Shown: positions 15,505 to 22,882 of the stretch, in pieces | Numbering within the stretch: position 1 is the first letter of the stretch | How the letters are laid out: the number at the start of each line of letters is the position of its first letter | Assembly (NCBI GenBank): GCA_044866005.1 | Contig: JBIOTN010000014.1 | Coordinates: forward strand, 1-41,405 | Reading direction: 5' to 3' | Length of the DNA: 41,405 nt | From: Candidatus Rokuibacteriota bacterium | GTDB lineage: Bacteria; Methylomirabilota; Methylomirabilia; Rokubacteriales; DASRDR01 | Notes under the pieces: model-generated | Told to the model about the DNA's origin: nothing | Seen by the model: the letters and a program-made list of their open reading frames with translations, nothing else | The model's database searches: none | Made by a program: the position numbers and the translations under genes

Positions 15505-17934
15505 GTGGCCGTCGAGACCCCCAGCCTGGCCCAGCTCATCGACCCGCGCACGCGCGAGGGGGAGCTATGGGAGCCGCTCCCCGAGGGCCGGCTCCGCTGC
15601 TACGCGTGCGGGCACCGGTGCGTGATCCCGCCCGGCCAGCGCGGCATCTGCAAGGTCCGCTACAACGAGGGCGGCCGCCTCCGCGTGCCGTGGGGCTACG
15701 TGGCGGGGCTCCAGCTCGACCCCGTCGAGAAGAAGCCCTTCTTCCACGCCTACCCCGGATCCAAGGCGCTGTCCTTCGGGATGCTCGGATGCGATCTGCA
15801 TTGCGGTTATTGCACTCGAAAAAATACGCTGATCGCAACGACGAGGGGCCTCATTCAGATCGGACAACTCTTTGACTCTGCGGAGACGCCCCCCGGCATC
15901 CCGGACGAATCGATCCGCGTCTCGCCGGGGCTGGAGGTTTACACCCACACCGGGCGCGCCCGCCCGGTCCGCGCGCTGTTCAGACATCGGTACTCGAGCA
16001 TGCTGGTCACGCTGAAGCCAGCCTATCTTCTGCCCTTGAGCGTGACGCCGAACCATGAGGTCCTGACCATCTCGGACGCCGAGCTGGAAGCGGGCTCGCC
16101 ACCGAAGTTCGTCCCGGCGGGACACCTGAGGCGTGGGGACTATCTCGCGGTTCCCAAGGAGCTCGAGATCCGATACCCGATCGAGTACGACGTCGCCGAG
16201 ATCCTCAGACCGCTGGCCGGGCGGATTCGCTATCCCCACGACGTGATCGGCCCGAAGGTCCTCAGAAAGGTCCTCGCGCTGTCCGAGGCCGGCCTGACCT
16301 CGCGGCAGATCGGCGCCCGGATCGGCAAGAGCGCGACGCACGTCCGCCGTCTCCGGAGCACGCTTCGCCGCGGAGCATGGAGTCTGGCGGATCTCGACTC
16401 CAAGCCGGCCGAGGTGCTCGTCGAAGGCCGTCGCGTGCGGTTCTCGAAGGAGCACGCGCCCGGGATGCCGGCCCGGCTCTTCCTCGACGAGGACCTGGCG
16501 GCGCTCTTCGGGTACTACGCGGCGGAAGGCTGCGTCCTGCATTCCCGATCGCGACTTCATAGCGCGGAGCTGATTTTTTCGCTCGGCCATCACGAACAGG
16601 CGCTGGCGGAACGAATCAGCAAGCTCTTCGTCCGAGTCTTCGGGGTGCAGCCGTCGTTTTCGAAGCGCCAGACGGCGCTCTGCGTGGTGGTCGCCAAGGC
16701 ATCGGTCGCGCTCTTCTTCGAGACGCTCTGCGGCACGGGATCCCGCCACAAGCGGGTCCCCGTGCAGCTCTTCTCGGCACCCCCATCCGTGGCCGAGGCC
16801 TTCGTGAACGCGTATGCAGAAGGCGATGGCTCTCTCACACGCAGCGGCAGCGTCCGCGCGGCCACGGTGTCGCGTCCGCTCGCGCTCGGCCTGGCGTGGC
16901 TCGCGCTGAGGATCGGCCGGTTTCCATGCATTCGGGGGAAGCGACAGGCACGGGAGGGCAAGCTGCTCGGGCGAACGGTGCAGCTTGCCCCGTACGTCCT
17001 ATGGCTGGACTGGCTGGCCGATACCTCGCGGCGCCGGCGGTGGCTGCGCCAGGACAGCCGCTACTTCTACATCCCGCTCCGCTCCATCCGAACCCGCCCC
17101 TACGACGGCTGGGTCTACAACCTCGAGGTCGAAGAGGATCGCTCCTACCTCGCCCAGCTCGTCGCCACCCACAACTGTCAGAACGCGCTGACCTCGCAGG
17201 CGCTCCGGGATCCCGCCATGGGCGTGCCGCCGCAGGAGGCGACGCCCGCCCAGGTGGTCGCCGCCGCGAAGCGGGCCGGCGCGCGGATCCTGACCAGCAC
17301 CTACAACGAGCCCTTGATCACGAGCGAGTGGGCCGTCGAGATCTTCAAGGAGGGTCAGGCCCGGGGCCTCGTCTGCTCCTACGTGTCGAACGGCAACGCC
17401 ACCCCCGAGGTCCTGGACTACATCCGCCCGTACGTGCGCCTCTACAAGGTCGACCTGAAGTCCTTCGACGACCGGCACTACCGGCAGCTGGGGGGCGTGC
17501 TGAAGACGATCCTCGACGGGATCCGCATGATCCACGCGCGCGGCTTCTGGCTGGAGATCGTCACGCTGACGATTCCCGGCTTCAACGACTCCGACGCCGA
17601 GCTCCGGGACATCGCGCAGTTTCTGGTCTCCCTCTCGCCGGACATCCCGTGGCACGTCACGGCATTCCATCAGGACTACAAGATGCGGGACCGCGAGAAC
17701 ACGCCGGTCAAGACGCTGATGCGGGCCGCCGAGATCGGGGTGGCGGCGGGGCTCCGCTACGTGTACGCGGGGAACCTGCCCGGGCGGGTGGGTCCGTTCG
17801 AGAACACCTACTGTCCGTCGTGCCGGGCGCTCTTGATCGAGCGCGTGGGCTACGTGATCCGTCAGGACCGCGTGACGCCGACCCGCGGCGTCTGCCCCTC
17901 ATGTCGCACGCCCATCCCGGGCGTGTGGGCGTGA
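15505..17934 (+). CDS. amrS: AmmeMemoRadiSam-system radical SAM enzyme (PflA-like) precursor containing an intein; spliced product 354 aa
   Basis: CYACGHRC...GICKVR, DPVEKKPFFH, GCDLHCGY|CQN, TYNEPLI, SNG, VDLK, IPGFND, AGLRYVYAGNLPG, TYCPSC...CPSC. Confidence 0.92.
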   Translation: MAVETPSLAQLIDPRTREGELWEPLPEGRLRCYACGHRCVIPPGQRGICKVRYNEGGRLRVPWGYVAGLQLDPVEKKPFFHAYPGSKALSFGMLGCDLHCGYCTRKNTLIATTRGLIQIGQLFDSAETPPGIPDESIRVSPGLEVYTHTGRARPVRALFRHRYSSMLVTLKPAYLLPLSVTPNHEVLTISDAELEAGSPPKFVPAGHLRRGDYLAVPKELEIRYPIEYDVAEILRPLAGRIRYPHDVIGPKVLRKVLALSEAGLTSRQIGARIGKSATHVRRLRSTLRRGAWSLADLDSKPAEVLVEGRRVRFSKEHAPGMPARLFLDEDLAALFGYYAAEGCVLHSRSRLHSAELIFSLGHHEQALAERISKLFVRVFGVQPSFSKRQTALCVVVAKASVALFFETLCGTGSRHKRVPVQLFSAPPSVAEAFVNAYAEGDGSLTRSGSVRAATVSRPLALGLAWLALRIGRFPCIRGKRQAREGKLLGRTVQLAPYVLWLDWLADTSRRRRWLRQDSRYFYIPLRSIRTRPYDGWVYNLEVEEDRSYLAQLVATHNCQNALTSQALRDPAMGVPPQEATPAQVVAAAKRAGARILTSTYNEPLITSEWAVEIFKEGQARGLVCSYVSNGNATPEVLDYIRPYVRLYKVDLKSFDDRHYRQLGGVLKTILDGIRMIHARGFWLEIVTLTIPGFNDSDAELRDIAQFLVSLSPDIPWHVTAFHQDYKMRDRENTPVKTLMRAAEIGVAAGLRYVYAGNLPGRVGPFENTYCPSCRALLIERVGYVIRQDRVTPTRGVCPSCRTPIPGVWA
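15811..17175 (+). mobile_element. Intein (455 aa) with LAGLIDADG homing endonuclease
   Basis: Block A C1-TRKNTLIATTRG; block B VTPNHEVL; LAGLIDADG-like LFGYYAAEG and FVNAYAEGDG; block F/G VYNLEVEEDRSYLAQLVATHN followed by Cys+1. Removing it restores CDLHCGYCQN. Confidence 0.95.
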
Positions 17935-17957
17935 CCCCTCCTCTCTCGTAGATCCCG

Positions 17958-18761
17958 ATGCCGCGGAACCTGCGGGGCGGCGTCGTCGTCATCACCGGGG
18001 CCTCCAGCGGGATCGGCGCGGCGACCGCCGTCCTCTGCGGGCGGGAGGGGATGCGCGTGGCGCTGGGCGCGCGGCGCGCGGACCGCCTGGCGCGCGTGGC
18101 GGACGCCGTGCGGGCCGCCGGCGGCGAGGCCCGCGCGGTGACGACCGACGTGCGCGACGAGACGGCCGTCCGCGCGCTCGTGGACTCGACGGTCGAGGCC
18201 TGGGGGCGCCTCGACGTCCTCGTCAACAACGCCGGCATCGGGCTGCTCGCGCCGGCGGCCCAGACGAGCGCCGCGGAGTTCGAGGCGATCATGCGGGTGA
18301 ACTTCCTGGGCGCCGTCCACGGCGTCCTCGCCGCGCTGCCCCACATGCGCCGCCAGCGGGCCGGCCACATCGTCACCGTGGCGTCCGTCGTCGGCAAGCG
18401 GGCGAGCCCCTTCCGGGCGGCCTACACCGCTTCCAAGTTCGCCCTGGTCGGCTTGTCCGAGACCCTCCGGATGGAGCTGCGCGCCGAGGGGATCCACGTG
18501 ACGACCGTCTGCCCGGTGGGGACCGCGACCGAGTTCTTCGACGTCGAGGAGAACCGCCTGGGCGTCCCGGGCCGCGGCGGCCCCGTCCAGAGCGCCGAGC
18601 ACGTGGCGCGCGCCATCGTCCGCGCGCTGCGACGGCCGCGCCCGGAGGTCCACCCCTATCCGCCGGCCCGGCTCCTCTTCCTGGCCAACGACCTCGCGCC
18701 CGGCCTCGTCGACCGCCTCATGATGGCGCTGAGCCCGCGCGCCCGCGCGCGCGGCCGCTGA
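17958..18761 (+). CDS. Short-chain dehydrogenase/reductase (classical SDR)
   Basis: TGASSGIG, VLVNNAG, YTASK. Confidence 0.93.
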   Translation: MPRNLRGGVVVITGASSGIGAATAVLCGREGMRVALGARRADRLARVADAVRAAGGEARAVTTDVRDETAVRALVDSTVEAWGRLDVLVNNAGIGLLAPAAQTSAAEFEAIMRVNFLGAVHGVLAALPHMRRQRAGHIVTVASVVGKRASPFRAAYTASKFALVGLSETLRMELRAEGIHVTTVCPVGTATEFFDVEENRLGVPGRGGPVQSAEHVARAIVRALRRPRPEVHPYPPARLLFLANDLAPGLVDRLMMALSPRARARGR

Positions 18762-18875
18762 GCCGCCCGCGCCCGCGCGCGCTGAGCGCGGGCCGGATCA
18801 GCGGGGCCCGAAAACCCCGCGTGGCCGGCCAGAACGCGGCCGGCCACGGGCCATCGTTGTCGCCACGCGGCTCGA

Positions 18876-19427
18876 CTACCCGCTGTGGCCAGGCGCGCCC
18901 ACGCAGTCGCCCCCGACGCAGATGTCGTCCAGGAACACGTCGCCGGGGCCCTCGTCGAAGACGATGGAGAGGCTTTCGATAATACCCGACGGGAAGAGCA
19001 CGCCGCCGTAGGTGTTACCGACGGTGAAGCTGTGCGTGAGGCCCGTCACGTCCGCGTGAGCGCATCCCAGGAAGACGATGCCCGGGACGCCCTGCAGACG
19101 CAGGTTGAAGCGAGGCGCGCCGGCTCCGCAATCGCCGCTCTCCACCACGAAGCTGAGCGTTGTCGCGCTTATGCCCGACACCCCGTTGATCTGAGCCCCG
19201 GCCGCCGCGATCTCGGCGGTGTCCACGTTCTTCGCCAGGTGAAGCTGCCAGTCGCCGTTTACGTTCTCCCACCGGCCGAGCGCGGGCGGCCCGCCGCCCG
19301 GGACGAACGCCCCCAGTCCTCGCGCCGCGAAGCTGAACGGCGCCACGGTAATCCCCGCGGCCTGCGCCACCGGAAGGACGACCATCACTGCGATGAAGCC
19401 GATCGCCGCCAAACTTTTCGTGCTCAT
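18876..19427 (-). CDS. Secreted hypothetical protein (183 aa)
   Basis: RBS GGGAGGG; signal peptide MSTKSLAAIGFIAVMVVLPVAQA; beta-rich body with CGAGAPRFNL...FLGC. Confidence 0.75.
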   Translation of the reverse strand: MSTKSLAAIGFIAVMVVLPVAQAAGITVAPFSFAARGLGAFVPGGGPPALGRWENVNGDWQLHLAKNVDTAEIAAAGAQINGVSGISATTLSFVVESGDCGAGAPRFNLRLQGVPGIVFLGCAHADVTGLTHSFTVGNTYGGVLFPSGIIESLSIVFDEGPGDVFLDDICVGGDCVGAPGHSG

Positions 19428-19860
19428 GTTGACCCTCCCTCGGCCGTGAGCTGCGGTCTGCCGTGCAGGGGTGCACCCTCGAGAGTTACCGCGCGCTTTC
19501 GAGCTGGACCGGGTTCAGGGGCTCGCGTGCCACGGTGGGCCGTTGGTCCCCGGCGCGCGGGGTTCCGGCGACGGTGTCGTCGAAGTGCGGCGCGGTAGGC
19601 GCGCGGGCGCCCGCGTCGGTGAGCGGAGAGCGGCCGGCCGGTGGGCGATTCTCCCGTCGTCCTCGGCCGTCACTCGTCAGCGGTGGCGATATGTTCGGTG
19701 AGGGCCTGTTCGAAGTCAACAAGGAAGGTTCCGGCGCGCCGGCCTGGCGGGTCGGCGCCGCCTGAAGCCCTGGGCTCGATCCACCGGTCGAAAGGTTGCT
19801 TGCGATGGCACTCATCATGTGTTAAGCTTCGGGTCGGCATTGAAGAGGGGGTGCTAACCC

Positions 19861-20157
19861 ATGGCTGGACAAGGAGTCCTGCAGGGGGTGGCGCAGGCCG
19901 AGCTGGCCGCGCTCGTGAAGGAGATCGCGCGCGACTACCGGCCCGGAGCGCTGGAGAGCGCGGCGCGGGATCCGGCCTGGCAGGCGGACGTGGAGCGGGC
20001 GGAGCGCGAGGTCGCGGCGCTCTACGCGGCGCTCGGGGACGCGGACGCGGTCCTCAGCCGGTGGCAGGAGGCCGTGACGAACCTCCGCGGGGTCTGGCGC
20101 CGGGTGGGTCAGACGGGCGCAGCGCCCGAACGGCGCGGCCTCGAGGACGTCGCCTGA
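19861..20157 (+). CDS. Hypothetical helical protein (98 aa)
   Basis: RBS-like GAGGGGG; host-like codon usage; amphipathic helices. Confidence 0.7.
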   Translation: MAGQGVLQGVAQAELAALVKEIARDYRPGALESAARDPAWQADVERAEREVAALYAALGDADAVLSRWQEAVTNLRGVWRRVGQTGAAPERRGLEDVA

Positions 20158-20178
20158 TACCTCGCGGGCGGAAGGCGA

Positions 20179-21075
20179 TCAGCGGAGGAAGGCGCGGATG
20201 CCGCTCGCGAAGTCGGGGGACGCCAGCCCGAAAATCTCCTGGAAGGGCCGGGGATCGCCGACGTTGTCCTCGCCGAGCATGAGGAGCTGATCCGTCGTCA
20301 CCGGGAAGCCGGGGACGCCCTCCAGCAGCCGCACGACGGGCGCCATGAGCCCCAAGGGGTGGTGGAGCTTGGGCACGCTGCGGCGTCCCAGCGCCGCGCC
20401 GATCTCGTCCAGGATCGCGTCGAAGGTGTAAGCGCGCGGGCCGGCGACCTCGAGCGCCTGGCCGATGCTGGCCGGCCGCTCCAGGGCGCGCGCGAAGCCC
20501 TCGGCGACCGTCTCGACCGCCACGGGCTGCAGGCGGTTCCGGCCGTCGCCGATGACCGGCACGACGGGGAACCAGCGCACCAGCCGCGCCAGGAGCGTCA
20601 CGAAGCCGTCGTTCCGGCCGAAGATCACCGACGGTCGGAAGATCGTCCAGTCGAGGCCGCTTCCCCGGACCGCCTCCTCGGCCGCCCACTTGGTCTGGTG
20701 GTAGCGGCTGCGGGCCCCCGGCCGGGTGCCGAGCGCGCTCATGTGCAGGAAGCGCCGTGTCCCGGCCTCGCGTGCGGCCGCGAGCACGTGCTGCGTGGCC
20801 TCGCTGTGGAGCCGCTCGAAGGTGACCCGCCGCTGCGGCTGCTCGCGGATGATCCCGACGAGGTGGACGATCGCGTCGGCGCCGCGCGCCGCGGAGGCGA
20901 GCCTCGCCGGCTCCGTCACGTCGCCCGAGACCCGCTCGATGCCGTCGCCGGCCGGCAGCCGGCGCTCGGAGCCCGGCCGGACGAGGCAGCGCAGCCGGTG
21001 GCCCCGTGCGGCGAGCGCCGCGACCACGGCGCGTCCGACGAAGCCGGTCCCGCCCGTCACGAAAACGGTCGCCAT
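20179..21075 (-). CDS. Atypical SDR, complex I NDUFA9-like NAD(P)-binding protein
   Basis: VTGGTGFVG, VHLVGII, HMSALG, YHQTKWAAE, WTIFRPSVIFG, LQPVAV. Confidence 0.92.
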   Translation of the reverse strand: MATVFVTGGTGFVGRAVVAALAARGHRLRCLVRPGSERRLPAGDGIERVSGDVTEPARLASAARGADAIVHLVGIIREQPQRRVTFERLHSEATQHVLAAAREAGTRRFLHMSALGTRPGARSRYHQTKWAAEEAVRGSGLDWTIFRPSVIFGRNDGFVTLLARLVRWFPVVPVIGDGRNRLQPVAVETVAEGFARALERPASIGQALEVAGPRAYTFDAILDEIGAALGRRSVPKLHHPLGLMAPVVRLLEGVPGFPVTTDQLLMLGEDNVGDPRPFQEIFGLASPDFASGIRAFLR

Positions 21076-21081
21076 CGCGCC

Positions 21082-21134
21082 ATCGTAGCACGCGCGGCGC
21101 GGCGCGCTCGTCGCCGCGACGGCGCCCGTATAAT
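21082..21134. promoter_or_regulatory. Back-to-back -10 elements for two probable leaderless divergent genes
   Basis: Minus strand: TGcTACGAT (hexamer 21082-21087), 6 nt, ATG 21075. Plus strand: TATAAT (21129-21134), 6 nt, GTG 21141. Confidence 0.65.
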
Positions 21135-21140
21135 GGGTGC

Positions 21141-21950
21141 GTGCCGCGCGACCGCTTCGTCACGGTGAACGGGCTCCGCCTCCGCTACCGTGACTGGGGC
21201 GGATCGGGGCAGCCCTGCCTGGCCCTCCACGGCGCTGCGGCCCACGCCCACTGGTGGGATCCCGTCGCCCCGCGACTCGCACCGCGGCTCCGCGTCCTGG
21301 CGCTCGACTGGCGCGGGCACGGACGGAGCGAGTGGCCGCGCCCGCCTCGCTATCGAACCGAGGACTTCGTCGCCGACCTGGTCGGCGTCGTGGAGCGGCT
21401 CCGCCTCGATCGCGTCGTCGTGGCGGGCCATTCCATGGGCGGGCACGCGGCGCTCGCGCTCGCCGCCTGGCACCCTGCGCGGCTCGAGCGGCTCGTGGTG
21501 GTCGACGCCAGGCCGATGGCGAACCTCGAGCGGCTGCGCGAGCAGCGCGCCCGGGGCGAGCGGCCGCGGATCGAATTCCCGAGCCGCGCGGCGGCGCTTC
21601 GCCGCTTCAGGCTGTCGCCGCCCGAGACGCTGGCGCCGCCGGCGCTCCTGCGAGCGGTGGCGGCGCGCGGGATCCGCCACCTCCCCTCCGGCCGGTGGGT
21701 CTATCGCTTCGATCCGGCGTTCGAGGCCACGCGCGAGCCGGTGGACGCCTGGCCGCTGCTCCCGCGGATCGCCGTGCCCACGCTCATCGTGCGCGGCGAG
21801 GGCAGCACGGTGCTCTCGCGCGACACCGCGGCGCGGATGGCGAAGGCGATTCCGTCCGCCCGGCTCGAGGGGCTGCCGCGGGCGTACCACCACGTCACGC
21901 TCGACGCGCCTGCGGCGTTCGCCGACTGCCTCCTCGCCTGGCTGGGCTGA
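21141..21950 (+). CDS. Alpha/beta hydrolase
   Basis: LHG, LDWRGHGRS, nucleophile elbow GHSMGG, PTLIVRG, C-terminal His (AYHHV). Confidence 0.92.
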   Translation: MPRDRFVTVNGLRLRYRDWGGSGQPCLALHGAAAHAHWWDPVAPRLAPRLRVLALDWRGHGRSEWPRPPRYRTEDFVADLVGVVERLRLDRVVVAGHSMGGHAALALAAWHPARLERLVVVDARPMANLERLREQRARGERPRIEFPSRAAALRRFRLSPPETLAPPALLRAVAARGIRHLPSGRWVYRFDPAFEATREPVDAWPLLPRIAVPTLIVRGEGSTVLSRDTAARMAKAIPSARLEGLPRAYHHVTLDAPAAFADCLLAWLG

Positions 21951-21989
21951 GGCCTGGGCCCGCCGCTCCGCACGCCGTCCGGGCGGTCC

Positions 21990-22228
21990 TCAGGGCGGAG
22001 GCGCGAGGCGGGGGACCATCGGGCCCGGGTCACGCGGGCTCGATTGCCCGTCGGTCTCGTAGTCGGGCAGGAGGCGTTCGTACTCGACGGCCATCAGCGC
22101 GGACGAGACCATGAAGCCCGCCGACGCCCGGTTGCACGCGACCGGGATGTTCCTGAACGCCGCCCATTCCAGCGGTCGCGCTTCTTGTTGTCGTGGGCCA
22201 CGAGCGCGAGCTTCTTGGTCCGTCGCAT
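21990..22228 (-). pseudogene. mgsA: Methylglyoxal synthase remnant (frameshift plus large internal deletion)
   Basis: From ATG 22228: MRRTKKLALVAHDNKKRD. After a 1-nt loss at about 22173: LEWAAF-R-NIPVACNRASAGFMVSSALMAVEYERLLPDYE. These match the MgsA N- and C-terminal signatures fused together; the catalytic middle is absent. Confidence 0.85.
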
Positions 22229-22237
22229 GGCGAGCCG

Positions 22238-22879
22238 TCACCCGTGTGGTCGGCGATCCAGGCGGAGGACCGCTTCGCCCCGCAGCACGGAGCCGGCCAG
22301 CGCGGTCATCGAGATGCGGCGATCCATGGCGGTCTTCTGAAGCGCGCGGAAGGCGTCCGGCTCGCTCAGGCCGAGGCGCTGCATCACGAGGCCCTTGGCC
22401 CGCTCGACGAGCTTCCGCTCCTCGAGGGCGCGGCGGAGGGCGGCGTTTTCGCGGCTCGCCTGGCTGAGCTCCCCGAAGCGTGCGACCGCCAGCTCGATCG
22501 CGGGTCCCAGCTCTTCGGCGCGGAGGGGTTTGAGCAGGTAGGCCATGGCCCCGGCCGTGCGCGCACGGGTGGCGACATCGGCGCCAGCCCGGCTGGTGAG
22601 CAACACGATGGGGCTGGGCGCCCGCCGCATGATCTGGGCGGCCACCTCGAGCCCGTCACGATCGGGCAAGCCGACCGCGAGGACCACGGCGTCGGGACGC
22701 AGGCCCGCGACCAGCTCGATGCCGGCGGCGCCCGTCTCCGCCTCGGCGACGACGATCCCGCCGAGGCCGGTGACGGTCGCGGTCACCAGCGCCCGGGAGG
22801 GCGCGTGGTCGTCGATCACGGCGACCCGCCGCCGCGGCGCGCCGCGCACCTCGACTCGGTCGCGGGTCGGCTCGCCCAT
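22238..22879 (-). CDS. ANTAR-domain response regulator (AmiR/NasT-like) with degenerate receiver
   Basis: REC fold (VIDD...PIVLLT...AYLLKP) plus ANTAR (LEERKLVERAKGLVMQRLGLSEPDAFRALQKTAMDRRISM). Confidence 0.92.
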   Translation of the reverse strand: MGEPTRDRVEVRGAPRRRVAVIDDHAPSRALVTATVTGLGGIVVAEAETGAAGIELVAGLRPDAVVLAVGLPDRDGLEVAAQIMRRAPSPIVLLTSRAGADVATRARTAGAMAYLLKPLRAEELGPAIELAVARFGELSQASRENAALRRALEERKLVERAKGLVMQRLGLSEPDAFRALQKTAMDRRISMTALAGSVLRGEAVLRLDRRPHG

Positions 22880-22882
22880 GGC

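Noticed and set aside
18728..18790. Three GCTGAGC-containing imperfect repeats at the SDR 3' end
   Set aside because: Low-complexity GC duplication with no unique spacers and no cas genes; not a CRISPR array
19806..19821. TGGCAC-TCATC-ATGT as a sigma-54 promoter
   Set aside because: The -12 element is GT rather than GC and lacks TTGC; too weak
21990..22241. 83-aa hypothetical ORF coupled to the ANTAR gene
   Set aside because: Its recognisable part is the out-of-frame C-terminal piece of the mgsA pseudogene
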